From positions 9,396-73,395 of the forward strand of contig JAZQDS010000040.1 of assembly GCA_045546895.1 (NCBI GenBank): DNA of 64,000 nt. Direction: 5' to 3'. The notes below the pieces were generated by a model. The model was not told the origin of the DNA. It saw nothing but the letters and a program-made list of their open reading frames with translations, and made no database searches. This DNA comes from Eubacteriales bacterium. Its GTDB lineage: Bacteria; Bacillota; Clostridia; Oscillospirales; QAKW01. A program made the translations under genes and the position numbers. Positions 17,156-26,909 of the stretch are shown in pieces (within the stretch, counting starts at the first letter, position 1; each line of letters begins with the position of its first letter).

Positions 17156-17804
17156 GGTGCTTTCGTTTATCGGAGATTATCTTTATTTAATTCCCGCCAT
17201 TATTGTTTCTTTAACGATCCATGAATTTTGCCATGCGTTGGTGGCTGCAAGATTAGGGGATCCTACCCCGAAGCAGGAGGGACGGCTTTCCTTAAATCCG
17301 CTGCGCCATATTGATCCGATCGGATTTATTGTTATGTTGCTGATTCATTTTGGATGGGCAAAGCCTGTTACGGTAAATCCTCTATATTTTAGAAATCCGC
17401 GCAAAGGAATGATGTTTACCGCGATCGCAGGCCCTATTTCAAATATTGCGATGTGTATTCTCTCTTCCTTGTTTTGGTTTTTATGCATCATTTTGAGGGC
17501 GCCTGAATTTTTAGGATTGTTCTTCTATTATATGACCGCAATTAATATTACTTTGGCAATATTTAATTTGATTCCCGTTCATCCGCTGGATGGGTCAAGG
17601 GTGGCAAGCTATTTCTTTCCGCGATTCGGCGTATTTATGGCGCGATACGGGAATATTGTTCAGGTTGTATTTATTGCGCTGCTTATTTTGCCGGGATATT
17701 TGCCGATACCCGATATTTTTGGATTCTTGATCGGTGGCGTTCAAAACGTTACCGTTAAGGGATTGATGTATTTTTGGTCGTTGATTTTCAGCGGCTTAAT
17801 GTGA
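17148..17804 (+). CDS. Site-2 protease family (peptidase M50) membrane metalloprotease
   Basis: HEFCHALVA (HExxH) and NLIPVHPLDGSRV motifs, with multiple TM segments. Start set at MDKVLSF, which has an AGGGGAG RBS. Confidence 0.8.
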   Translation: MDKVLSFIGDYLYLIPAIIVSLTIHEFCHALVAARLGDPTPKQEGRLSLNPLRHIDPIGFIVMLLIHFGWAKPVTVNPLYFRNPRKGMMFTAIAGPISNIAMCILSSLFWFLCIILRAPEFLGLFFYYMTAINITLAIFNLIPVHPLDGSRVASYFFPRFGVFMARYGNIVQVVFIALLILPGYLPIPDIFGFLIGGVQNVTVKGLMYFWSLIFSGLM

Positions 17805-17813
17805 GGGAGTAAT

Positions 17814-18527
17814 ATGGAAAAATTAAAGTTTTCTTTGGAGGTCTTTGATGGGCCGCTGGAGTTACTTTTACATTTGATTTCCAAAAACAAGGTTTCGATC
17901 TATGATATTCCGATTTCCTTGATTTTGGAGCAATATATGGAATATATCGAAGATCTGAAAAAAATGGACCTTGATGTTTCCAGCGAATTTATTGAAATGG
18001 CAGCTCATTTGATGCTGATTAAATCCAGAATGCTTCTTCCTAAAGCGGAGACCGAGGAGGATGACCCGCGGATGAGCCTTGCCGAAGCGTTGGCGGAGTA
18101 CAAGCGCTATAAGGCTGTTATAGAAAAAATGCGGGAGGAGCAAAAGAATGCGGGCATCACCTATGTTCGCAAAACAGAGCAGCTTGAGTTTGATAAAAAG
18201 CATCAATTGATTTATGAAAGTAATGTTCTTACCGAGGCGTATCGGAATGTTTTACGCAAAAATTCCCGCGCACTTCCGCCGCCGCTTAAGAGCTTTGCGG
18301 GGATTGTTGGCCATCCGATTGCAAGCGTGCCTGCTAAAATCATTGGTGTTTTGCGCACCTTGCGGCGAAAGATTACCTGCAGCTTCAAAAGTCTTTTCAA
18401 AGGCGCCAAAACGCGATCCGAGATTGTTGCCACCTTTTTGGCGGTGCTTGAGCTATCAAAATCAAGCCATGTTGAGATGGATCACAGAAGCGATGATCTC
18501 TATTTAACCTTTAAAAAGGAGAAATAA
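17814..18527 (+). CDS. scpA: Segregation and condensation protein A
   Basis: FDGPLELLLHLISKNKVSIYDIPISLILEQY is a typical ScpA N-terminus. It is followed directly by scpB. Confidence 0.9.
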   Translation: MEKLKFSLEVFDGPLELLLHLISKNKVSIYDIPISLILEQYMEYIEDLKKMDLDVSSEFIEMAAHLMLIKSRMLLPKAETEEDDPRMSLAEALAEYKRYKAVIEKMREEQKNAGITYVRKTEQLEFDKKHQLIYESNVLTEAYRNVLRKNSRALPPPLKSFAGIVGHPIASVPAKIIGVLRTLRRKITCSFKSLFKGAKTRSEIVATFLAVLELSKSSHVEMDHRSDDLYLTFKKEK

Positions 18528-18528
18528 A

Positions 18529-19125
18529 ATGGAATTGAATTATATGAGCGGTGCTGTTGAGTCCATCCTCTTTGCCAGCGGCGAGCCGATTGAACGGCGC
18601 AAGCTTGCGGAAGTGCTGGATATTGAAGCAGAACGCCTGGATCATATTATCGAGGAATTAAAGGAAAGTTATAAGGCGGAGAACCGCGGGATTGAAATTC
18701 TTACGCTGGATAATACCTATCAGATGTGTTCCTCACGTTATTATGGGGAAATTACTAAAAAAGCATTGGATCACCGAAGAAATACTCCGCTTTCCAATGC
18801 TGCGCTGGAAATTTTATCTATTGTTGCATATAATCAACCTGTAACCAAGGCATATATCGAGCAAATCCGCGGCGTTGATTGCTTTTACGGTATTAATGCG
18901 TTGGTTGAAAAGGGATTGATTGAGGAGAAGGGGCGGCTGGATGCGCCGGGGCGCCCCTGGCTTTATGGCACAACCGCTGATTTTCTGCGTTGCTTTGGCT
19001 TGCAAACCTTAGAGCAACTTCCGGAACTTCCGAAGTTGGAATTGCCCGGTGATGAGGTAGAGGGGCAGCAAACCTTTGATGATGTTATCAAGCCGGAAGA
19101 GGCAGAAAGCAATCCCGAAGAATAA
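18529..19125 (+). CDS. scpB: Segregation and condensation protein B
   Basis: ESILFASGEPI...LEILSIVAYNQPVTKAYIEQIRGV...GRLDAPGRPWLYGTT is typical of ScpB. Confidence 0.9.
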   Translation: MELNYMSGAVESILFASGEPIERRKLAEVLDIEAERLDHIIEELKESYKAENRGIEILTLDNTYQMCSSRYYGEITKKALDHRRNTPLSNAALEILSIVAYNQPVTKAYIEQIRGVDCFYGINALVEKGLIEEKGRLDAPGRPWLYGTTADFLRCFGLQTLEQLPELPKLELPGDEVEGQQTFDDVIKPEEAESNPEE

Positions 19126-19128
19126 ATA

Positions 19129-19157
19129 TTGATTTATTCATCTTTGTGTGGTATACT
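19129..19157 (+). promoter_or_regulatory. Sigma-A-like promoter upstream of ytfJ
   Basis: TTGATT (19129-19134), 17-nt spacer, TGgTATACT (extended -10, 19152-19157). The sporulation-sigma dependence known for Bacillus ytfJ cannot be judged here. Confidence 0.4.
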
Positions 19158-19190
19158 ATTACCAACGAGCAAGAAAGATAAAGGAGAAAA

Positions 19191-19580
19191 ATGATGGATA
19201 ATAAAGTGGAATCTGTTTTGCAGGGTGCATTGGGTGGAATGAAGAATTTGGTCGATACCGATACTGTCATCGGTGATCCCATTCGTGTTAGCCCCGAGAT
19301 TACTTTAATCCCCATCTCTAAAATCACCTGCGGATTTGCCAGCGGCGGAAGCGGCTTTGGCGGTAATCCTCAAAACGAGCATTTTGGCGGCGGTGCCGGC
19401 GGTTGCGTTAAGGTTACCCCCGTTTGTTTCTTGGTTGTTAAGGGCGATAATGTTCGTATGATGCCTGTTCTTGAATCGGAAACAGGGCTTGATAAGCTGA
19501 TGGATCTGATTCCTGAAATGGTTGATAAGGTAAATGATATGATTCAATCCTACCGTTCCGAGAAAAAAGAAATTTTATAA
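19191..19580 (+). CDS. ytfJ: Sporulation protein YtfJ/GerW family
   Basis: VIGDPIRVSPEITLIPISKITCGFASGGSGFGG....GGGAGGCVKVTPVCFLVV matches the YtfJ family pattern. Confidence 0.8.
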   Translation: MMDNKVESVLQGALGGMKNLVDTDTVIGDPIRVSPEITLIPISKITCGFASGGSGFGGNPQNEHFGGGAGGCVKVTPVCFLVVKGDNVRMMPVLESETGLDKLMDLIPEMVDKVNDMIQSYRSEKKEIL

Positions 19581-19595
19581 TTTTGCATATCGTTT

Positions 19596-19632
19596 AATCA
19601 CCCGCCTATATAATTAGGTGGGTGATTTTTTT
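19596..19632 (+). terminator. Intrinsic terminator after ytfJ, overlapping the dacB translation-initiation region
   Basis: AATCACCCGCC-tatataatta-GGTGGGTGATT (one G-U pair) followed by T7. Confidence 0.65.
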
Positions 19633-20725
19633 GAAACATTTTATATGCTTTTTAATTATTATTATGCTGTTCCTTTCCGTGCCGGTGGAAGCGCAGGGGG
19701 CGGGAGCTTTTTTGATTATGGACGGCAGATGCGGCGAAATTCTGGAAAGTGAAAATGCGGATATGAGGCTCCCAATGGCCAGCACAACCAAGGTGATGAC
19801 TGCGTTAGTTGCCCTGGAAAACGGCTCTCTTAAAGAGCAGATTAAAATTCCGGAAAGTGCGGTCGGGGTAGAAGGCTCCTCTCTTTATATAAAAGCGGGG
19901 GAATCTTATACATTAGAAGAACTCCTTTACGGCTTGATGCTGCGCTCAGCAAACGATTGCGCGGTGGCAATCGCTTGGCATATAGGCAAAGAAAAGCCTG
20001 ATTATTTTGTTAAGCTTATGAATCAAAAAGCGGCGGAGCTTGGATTGGAAGATACTTGCTTTAAAAACCCCAATGGCTTATCGGCGGAGGGGCATTATAC
20101 GACCGCCAAGGATTTGGCGTGTTTAATGGCGTATGCCTTGAAGAATGATTGTTTTTCAAAGATTGTTGCCACCAAAATGAAGGAGATCAAAGGAGAAAAG
20201 ATTTATAATCATAATCGCTTGCTATCAAGCTATCCTTATTGCATTGGCGGAAAAACAGGTTATACCATCGCTGCCGGAAGATGCCTTGTCAGCGCGGCGC
20301 GCCGCGATGGGGGGTTATTGATTTGCGTAACCTTGGGACGAAGAAACGATTGGGAAATCCATACGAATGCATATGAAAGATGGTTTGGAACGCTCGCCGC
20401 TGTAACCTTGGCGAAGAAGGGCTCCGTTCAATGCGCCATGAACATTGCAGGAGGCGGAAGCGTTTTTGCGGTAAATGCAGACGATGTAACTGCGCGCGTA
20501 TTTAAATGCAAAAAGCCGGAGCGGCACATTATTGCGGATAAAATCGTTTATGGAAATAAAGAGGCGGGAGATGTTGTCGGAAGCGTTGAATTCTATTGTT
20601 GCGGGAATAAAATCGGCGAGAGCCCTTTGGTGCTGGAGGAAGATATTACGGCAGTCGTAAAAAAAGAACTGTTTATCAGCCGAATATTTCGACTTTTTCG
20701 GCGATTATTCTTGAAAAATATATAA
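19631..20725 (+). CDS. dacB: D-alanyl-D-alanine carboxypeptidase (S11, DacB-like)
   Basis: SxxK motif ASTTKVMT, SAND (RSANDCA) and KTGYT. Starting at TTG 19631 gives the signal peptide MKHFICFLIIIMLFLSVPVEA/QG. GTG 19622 and ATG 19664 are alternatives. The scpAB..dacB..rluB synteny matches Bacillus. Confidence 0.85.
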   Translation: MKHFICFLIIIMLFLSVPVEAQGAGAFLIMDGRCGEILESENADMRLPMASTTKVMTALVALENGSLKEQIKIPESAVGVEGSSLYIKAGESYTLEELLYGLMLRSANDCAVAIAWHIGKEKPDYFVKLMNQKAAELGLEDTCFKNPNGLSAEGHYTTAKDLACLMAYALKNDCFSKIVATKMKEIKGEKIYNHNRLLSSYPYCIGGKTGYTIAAGRCLVSAARRDGGLLICVTLGRRNDWEIHTNAYERWFGTLAAVTLAKKGSVQCAMNIAGGGSVFAVNADDVTARVFKCKKPERHIIADKIVYGNKEAGDVVGSVEFYCCGNKIGESPLVLEEDITAVVKKELFISRIFRLFRRLFLKNI

Positions 20726-20767
20726 AAAGAAGGTACAATAATAAAAAAGCTACGAAAAGAGAAGAAT

Positions 20768-21502
20768 ATGCAAGAAAAAACAATCAGAATTCAGAAATAT
20801 ATTGCAGATTGCGGCATCTGTTCCCGTAGGGCGGCGGAGGCCTTGATCGAAGAGGGGCGCGTTACATTAAATGGTCGCCCTGTTCATCTCGGCGATAAAA
20901 CAGATGGCGCCAAAGACCTTGTACGGATCGATGGAAAGGTCATTAAACCTGTTCGGCGCGATAAGGTAACCATCATGCTTTATAAGCCCCGCGGATATGT
21001 TACAACGATGAGCGATGAGCAGGGGAGAAAATGCGTTGCCGATTTGATTGCCAAAGAAAAAATTCGCCTTTATCCGATTGGTAGATTAGATAAAGACAGC
21101 GAAGGGCTGTTGCTGCTTACAAACGATGGAGCATTGGCAAATAAACTGATGCACCCCGCCAACCATGTTCCCAAAACCTATCGGGTAATTGTAAAAGGCC
21201 AGATTCATCGGGAACATATCAAGGCTTTTGAAACCGGGATTTATATTGCCGAAGATGATTATACCACTCGCTCGGCTGAAATTGAGATTTTGGAAGCTAA
21301 AGAGGATCGGACAGTATTTTATCTCACTATTTATGAAGGAAAAAACCGTGAAATTCGTAAAATGTGTGAGGCGCTGGGGCTTGAGGTTTTGCGCTTGAAG
21401 CGTGATAAAATTGCCGATTTATCGATTGGTACGCTGCGCTCTGGCCAATATCGCGCTTTGACGCAAAAAGAAAGTGATTATCTTTATAGTTTGGTAAAAT
21501 AA
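20768..21502 (+). CDS. rluB: 23S rRNA pseudouridine synthase (RluB/RsuA family)
   Basis: N-terminal S4 domain (IRIQKYIADCGICSRRAAEALI) and the catalytic motif YPIGRLDKDSEGLLLLTNDG. Confidence 0.9.
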   Translation: MQEKTIRIQKYIADCGICSRRAAEALIEEGRVTLNGRPVHLGDKTDGAKDLVRIDGKVIKPVRRDKVTIMLYKPRGYVTTMSDEQGRKCVADLIAKEKIRLYPIGRLDKDSEGLLLLTNDGALANKLMHPANHVPKTYRVIVKGQIHREHIKAFETGIYIAEDDYTTRSAEIEILEAKEDRTVFYLTIYEGKNREIRKMCEALGLEVLRLKRDKIADLSIGTLRSGQYRALTQKESDYLYSLVK

Positions 21503-21514
21503 GAGATGGAGATA

Positions 21515-22147
21515 ATGATGAAGAGAATTATTGCTTTATTGATTATTTTGGGTTTGATGCTTTCGGTATGTTGCTCATGCTCCTTGCCGATTATCAGCGA
21601 TTTTATTAAGAGCGATGAAAGCCTTGGAAAAACAAACAATACGGCGGTTGCCATTGCGGCGGCAATGGATCAATATCTGATAAAAAAGAAAAAGGAATCC
21701 CTCTCGCTTTATGGGATGGAATTAATTCTTAATAGTGATGGTAATGGTACAGTAAAGCTTTATTACGCCGCAAAAGCGCCGCAGGATATTGAATATACAG
21801 ATCTTTATGTTGGCGTTGTTAATTCCAAAACCGGGCATGTTGAGCGTTTTTCAAAGGCAAAATTTGAAGATGATGGGATTTTGCCCTATGAGATGGTAAA
21901 AAGCGGAGTTCCTTTCTCGGCGGCCAATCTGCCGATTGATAGTGAAAAGGCGATTTCCGTCGGTTCGCGTAAATTCAGCGCAGATTCGGAATTTCATTAT
22001 GATTATGTTCAAATGAAGCTTTCTGCCCCAAATGGGCAGGAGCAATATGAAATTCAATATATCTCGATGCTCAATGATAAAATCTACCATTGCACCGTTG
22101 ATGCGGTAAGCGGCACGGCGCTGGCATCTTCGGTAACAAAGGAATAA
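21515..22147 (+). CDS. Hypothetical secreted/membrane-anchored protein (possible PepSY-like C-terminus)
   Basis: N-terminal hydrophobic segment MMKRIIALLIILGLMLSVCCSC. The C-terminal ..YHCTVDAVSGTAL.. is weakly PepSY-like. I recognise no other motif. Confidence 0.5.
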   Translation: MMKRIIALLIILGLMLSVCCSCSLPIISDFIKSDESLGKTNNTAVAIAAAMDQYLIKKKKESLSLYGMELILNSDGNGTVKLYYAAKAPQDIEYTDLYVGVVNSKTGHVERFSKAKFEDDGILPYEMVKSGVPFSAANLPIDSEKAISVGSRKFSADSEFHYDYVQMKLSAPNGQEQYEIQYISMLNDKIYHCTVDAVSGTALASSVTKE

Positions 22148-22159
22148 GGGGCTGTTGTA

Positions 22160-22606
22160 ATGAAAAAATGGAGTCTTTTAATAATTGCGGTTGTATTGCT
22201 GCTTTCAAGCGGATGCAGCATTTTCCGCGTTAAGAATCCCACCTTCAATATTCCGCGCGAATCGGTGCAATCGATTGAAATTCAACGGGAATATAAGGAA
22301 GATGGAAAAACAGATTTTCGAAGTAAAAAAGTGACTGAAGCCGAGGATGTCGAAATTCTTTGGGAAAAACTTCGATTTATAGAACTCAAGCGCGCAAAAA
22401 ACGATGAGCCACATGCGATTGAGCGCTATCCGCTTATTATAATTTTGCGCGGAAAAAAAGATCATCATCTGATTTTGGATGAAAAAATGGCGTTTTATGA
22501 TCAAGTTGCCTATGAATATACTGATAGTGGAGTATATGAGGCGTTCAATAATTTATATAGTGAATTGGATTATCCCGAAGCGAAAGCGGAAGCGGAGCCG
22601 TTCTGA
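22160..22606 (+). CDS. Hypothetical lipoprotein
   Basis: Signal peptide with lipobox: MKKWSLLIIAVVLLLSSGC. No recognisable domain. Confidence 0.55.
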   Translation: MKKWSLLIIAVVLLLSSGCSIFRVKNPTFNIPRESVQSIEIQREYKEDGKTDFRSKKVTEAEDVEILWEKLRFIELKRAKNDEPHAIERYPLIIILRGKKDHHLILDEKMAFYDQVAYEYTDSGVYEAFNNLYSELDYPEAKAEAEPF

Positions 22607-22610
22607 TGTA

Positions 22611-22641
22611 AAAAGTCTTATACATTTGTATAAGACTTTTT
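22611..22641 (+). terminator. Intrinsic terminator
   Basis: AAAAGTCTTATACA-tt-TGTATAAGACTTTT, with T-rich 3' side. Confidence 0.7.
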
Positions 22642-22746
22642 GCATAAATTGGGGTAAGGTACAAGAGTAAACCAAGCCTGTTTTGAAAAGGCTTCTCTCT
22701 GCTCTCTATGTGTTAAAATACTCGCCAATATTAAGGAGGCATTAAA

Positions 22747-25569
22747 ATGAAACGGATATTAATCATTTTTTTAATCGTTTTAGTATTGAGCTCGAATGCC
22801 TTTTTATTAGGCGGCTGTCAAGCGACTGAGGCTGCGGTGCCCGATGAAATGCGCGCCTGCTGGGTTTCAAGCGTTGGAAATTTGGATTTTCCCTCCAAGC
22901 AAGGGCTTTCGGCAGCGGAATTGCGTAAAGAGATCGATGCAATTATCGATACCTGCAGTTTGAGCGGATTGAATGCAATTTTTTTTCAGGTACGCCCCTG
23001 CGGAGATGCGCTTTATAAATCGGAGATTTTTCCTTGGAGCGCTTATTTAACCGGTAAACAGGGCGTGGCGCCGGAGAATGGTTTTGATCCGCTGGAATAT
23101 TTTATCAAAGCGGCCCACCGCAGCAAGATCGAATTGCATGCGTGGATCAATCCTTATCGAATTTCAACCGAATCGGATATGAAGCAACTTTCTAAGAATA
23201 ACCCTGCGCGGTTGAATGAAAGGCTTGCAATTTGCTCCGAGAATGGTATTTATTATGATCCCGCAAATCCGCTGGCACGGGAATTGATTTTGAGCGGAAT
23301 TGAAGAAATTATTACCCGCTATGATGTTGATGGGATCCATTTTGACGATTATTTTTATCCCTATGATTTGAGCGGCTTCGATGATCGCGAAAGTTATCAA
23401 AAATACGGAGCCGGGCGAACCTTGGCTGATTTCAGGCGCGATGCGGTAAATCAGTTGGTTTTCTCGGCCTATTCCTTGATTAAAGGGACCGATGCTCAAA
23501 TTAAATTTGGTATCAGCCCTTTCGGCATCTGGGCCAATCAATCGAGCGTTGAGGGCGGTAGCGCAACAAATGGAATGAGCGCTTATTCAGCAATTTATGC
23601 AGATAGCAAAAAATGGGTTGAGGAAGGTTGGCTGGATTATATTTGCCCCCAGCTTTATTGGAACTTTGAGCATACCGCTGCCCCTTACGATGTTTTGGTG
23701 GATTGGTGGGATTCTTTATGTTCTGCGTATAAAACAGATCTATACATAGGAATAGGTTTATATAAAATAGGCGGCGATGAAGCGGGGTGGGAGGATAGCT
23801 CTGTGGTTTTGCGTCAATTGAAATATGCCTGCAATAAAGCCTCCTATGCCGGCCATTGCTTTTTTCGTTATAAGAATATTGAGCAAAATATAGGAAGTAT
23901 CAAAGAAACGCTGAAAGAATACTATCATGGTACGGAAACTTCCGGCGGCCAAAAGGGAGTGTCTTTGAAAAACTCTGTTACATTAAATGAGGCAGAGGGG
24001 CTTACAATTCAATCGCCGCAGAACGGTGCGGTTTTGGATTCTAATCATATTTCAGTAAGCGGAACCGCACCGGCAGGGCAGGAAGTTTTGATAAACGGAT
24101 TGCGAGCGGTAATCGGAAATAAAGGCTTTTACAGCGGTTATATTCCGTTAAAATCGGGAAATAATGCAATTGAGGTTCAATCGGGTGACGAAACAAAAAC
24201 AATCTATGTTTATCGCCGCTCAAACAAAACTGATAATGCGCAGGATTTAACGGAAATTTATCCCCAAGGGGTTGTTGAGTGCGGGAGCGGTAATCAAATC
24301 CATTTTAGTGCCAAAGGGCCAAGCGAAGCGAAATTGATGCTAAAAAACGATTTGGTTGAAATTGAAATGAAGGAGATTTCAAACGGCTGCTATGAGGCGG
24401 AATGGACCCTGCCCGCCGCCCCGATGGAAGACAAGCTCTTGTTGAAAGATTTTGTTTATATCCTGAAAAAAGGCGGAGAGAAAAAAGAGTTTAAAGCGGA
24501 TTTGGAAATTCATTGCGCTTTTAAGGGGATTTCTGAGCCGATGTTTCTTACCGGAAGAACGCATATATTTGACGAAAGCCTTGATGGCTCTCAAATGGAT
24601 TATGATCCGATGGAGATGGGAAGTGCAGTCACTGTTTGCGGTAGGGAAAATGAACGCTCCTTTTTGAACAATGGATATTGGGTGCAAAATGATCGATTAT
24701 CAGCTAAAAAACAAGTGGCTTCTCCCATTGCTCGTTATGAATATGAATGGCTGAAGGTTTCTTCCGATTGCCCGATTGCTTATTCGACTGAGTGGAGCAA
24801 AAGTGCGTTGGGTGTTTCGCTTTTGATTTCGCGCAACAAGCGGTTTGAATTTGAAAAATCAAGTGAAGATTTGCGGATTGAAGCGGAAAACGGAAATTTT
24901 TTCAAGTTTTTAAAAATTCAATCCATAAGCATGCGAGAGATTGCCGGCTATGAAGTTTATCCCTGCGGGAATGAAATAACGATTTATCTGCGCTTTTATC
25001 AAAGGGGAATCGAAAATAAGGTAATCGCTCTTGATGCCGGACATGGAGGGGATGATGGCGGCGCCAATGGCCCCGGCGGCGATGGATTTCCCTGCGAAGC
25101 GGATCTGAACAGCCGCCTTACCTTACTATTGAAAAAAGAGCTTGAAAAACGCGGCGCCATCGTGTATCTAACCCGTACAAGAGAGGATTATCTTTCGTTG
25201 GAAGAGCGTGTTTGCCGTGCGGAGCAATATATGCCGGATCTTTTTGTTTCGATTCATCATAATTCGAGCGATATCGAATTTAATCAATCAAAAGCCTCAG
25301 GCGGGCTGGTTCTTTATTCTTCTCCTCTTTCTGAAGCAGCTGCAAGGAAGATCGCGGAATGTGCCTCGGCAGAAAAATGGAAGGCGGATGTTCGCCGCCA
25401 AAGCCTCCATGTTTGCCGCCAGACGCGCTATCCCGCGGTTTTGATCGAGGGCGGATATCTTTGCAATCCGATTGAATATGAGATGCTTTGCGAAGAGCAA
25501 ACCGCTTCGAAGATCGCAATGGAGCTTGCGCAAGGGATAGAATCATACTTTGTTACGGTTTGTTCATAA
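22747..25569 (+). CDS. Lipoprotein with an N-terminal GHL10 (YngK-like glycoside-hydrolase-like) domain and a C-terminal N-acetylmuramoyl-L-alanine amidase (Amidase_3) domain
   Basis: Lipobox LLGGC. GHL10 pattern MRACWVSSVGNLDFPS..LNAIFFQVRPCGDALYKSEIFPWS..FDPLEYFIKAAH..ELHAWINPYR. The C-terminal 183 aa (from about 25018) read VIALDAGHGGDDGGA...LFVSIHHNS...PAVLIEGGYLCN, which is Amidase_3. Confidence 0.8.
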   Translation: MKRILIIFLIVLVLSSNAFLLGGCQATEAAVPDEMRACWVSSVGNLDFPSKQGLSAAELRKEIDAIIDTCSLSGLNAIFFQVRPCGDALYKSEIFPWSAYLTGKQGVAPENGFDPLEYFIKAAHRSKIELHAWINPYRISTESDMKQLSKNNPARLNERLAICSENGIYYDPANPLARELILSGIEEIITRYDVDGIHFDDYFYPYDLSGFDDRESYQKYGAGRTLADFRRDAVNQLVFSAYSLIKGTDAQIKFGISPFGIWANQSSVEGGSATNGMSAYSAIYADSKKWVEEGWLDYICPQLYWNFEHTAAPYDVLVDWWDSLCSAYKTDLYIGIGLYKIGGDEAGWEDSSVVLRQLKYACNKASYAGHCFFRYKNIEQNIGSIKETLKEYYHGTETSGGQKGVSLKNSVTLNEAEGLTIQSPQNGAVLDSNHISVSGTAPAGQEVLINGLRAVIGNKGFYSGYIPLKSGNNAIEVQSGDETKTIYVYRRSNKTDNAQDLTEIYPQGVVECGSGNQIHFSAKGPSEAKLMLKNDLVEIEMKEISNGCYEAEWTLPAAPMEDKLLLKDFVYILKKGGEKKEFKADLEIHCAFKGISEPMFLTGRTHIFDESLDGSQMDYDPMEMGSAVTVCGRENERSFLNNGYWVQNDRLSAKKQVASPIARYEYEWLKVSSDCPIAYSTEWSKSALGVSLLISRNKRFEFEKSSEDLRIEAENGNFFKFLKIQSISMREIAGYEVYPCGNEITIYLRFYQRGIENKVIALDAGHGGDDGGANGPGGDGFPCEADLNSRLTLLLKKELEKRGAIVYLTRTREDYLSLEERVCRAEQYMPDLFVSIHHNSSDIEFNQSKASGGLVLYSSPLSEAAARKIAECASAEKWKADVRRQSLHVCRQTRYPAVLIEGGYLCNPIEYEMLCEEQTASKIAMELAQGIESYFVTVCS

Positions 25570-25646
25570 AATAAATTGATTTTTTTCTTTTCATTTTTCG
25601 TTATTCGTGATAGAATAATATTATAATATTATTAAGGAGCCGTTTT

Positions 25647-26909
25647 ATGGAATTTTATCAGCAAAGATTGCGCAAGGGAGTAGTTTGTAATTACGGAATT
25701 ACCGACCGATTTAAGACAAGCCTTATCTCGGTTGATTTTGCTTTGCCGCTTACCATCGAAAATGCGACCGGAATGTCGCTGCTTGCAGGCGTTATGTGCC
25801 GCGGATGCGAGGATTTTCCTGCTATTGATGTTATCAGCCGCTATCTTGCTAAAAATTATGGCGCCTCTTTTTCTGCCAGCGCAGTTAAAGTGGGGGAGAT
25901 GGAGCTTCTTACCTTCTCGGTTCGTTATCTCGATAATGAATATGCTATTGATGGGGAGGATGTTCAGGAGCGAATTTTGGTTTTGCTGGAAAAGATGATT
26001 TTTTCTCCATTGCTTGAAGGGGATGGCTTCCTTTCGGAATATGTTGAGCAGGAAAAAATCAATTTAATGGATAAAATTACCGGCTTATTCAATGATAAGA
26101 GAATCTATTCAATGGTTCGCTGTAAGGAGCTGATGTGTGCAGATGAGGCGTATGGTATTCATGATACCGGCTCTAAAGAAGCGGCGGCAAAATTTGATGC
26201 GAAATCCCTTTATGCCTTTTATCGCAAGATGCTGAATGAGGCGCAGGTTGCTTTGATCTATGTTGGTAAGGATCGCAAAAACCCGCTGAATAGGTTGGCG
26301 GAAAAATTTGAGGATCGTTCCGAAAAATTTCCCCAAACGCTGGTTAAATACGATTGCGAAAAAGCCAAAGAGATCATTGAAGAGATGGATCTGAATCAAA
26401 GCAAGCTGAATCTTGGCTTTCGATTGGGAAAAGCTGCGGCCGAAAATGGCGCTGCATGTAGATTATTTAATGTGCTTTATGGCGGCAGTGCAACATCTAA
26501 GCTGTTTATGAACGTAAGAGAGCGGCTTTCGCTTTGCTATTATTGTTCATCAAATATTGATCGTTTTAAAAATGTCATGTTTGTTTCCAGCGGTGTTGAA
26601 TTTTCGAAATATGATGATGCGCGCAATGAGATTGAGGCGCAGCTGGATTCTATTGTTAAAGGCGATTTTTCCGATGAAGAGCTGGAAAATGCGCGGGTTT
26701 ATCTGATCGATAGTATCCGCGGGCTTTATGATAGCCAAGGGGCCCTTTCCACATCGATGATCGCGGGGATTCTTCATGATGAAACAGCCACTCCCGAGCA
26801 GCAAATTGAGGAGATTTCTTCGGTATCGCGCGAGGACATTATGAAGGTTGCAGCGGGAATTCAGCTGGATACGGTTTATTTTTTGAAGGGAGTTCATAAC
26901 GAAGAATGA
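25647..26909 (+). CDS. M16-family (insulinase-like) protein, non-catalytic subunit
   Basis: 420 aa with M16-like length and pattern but no HxxEH motif. It overlaps the following catalytic M16 gene by 4 nt. Confidence 0.75.
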   Translation: MEFYQQRLRKGVVCNYGITDRFKTSLISVDFALPLTIENATGMSLLAGVMCRGCEDFPAIDVISRYLAKNYGASFSASAVKVGEMELLTFSVRYLDNEYAIDGEDVQERILVLLEKMIFSPLLEGDGFLSEYVEQEKINLMDKITGLFNDKRIYSMVRCKELMCADEAYGIHDTGSKEAAAKFDAKSLYAFYRKMLNEAQVALIYVGKDRKNPLNRLAEKFEDRSEKFPQTLVKYDCEKAKEIIEEMDLNQSKLNLGFRLGKAAAENGAACRLFNVLYGGSATSKLFMNVRERLSLCYYCSSNIDRFKNVMFVSSGVEFSKYDDARNEIEAQLDSIVKGDFSDEELENARVYLIDSIRGLYDSQGALSTSMIAGILHDETATPEQQIEEISSVSREDIMKVAAGIQLDTVYFLKGVHNEE

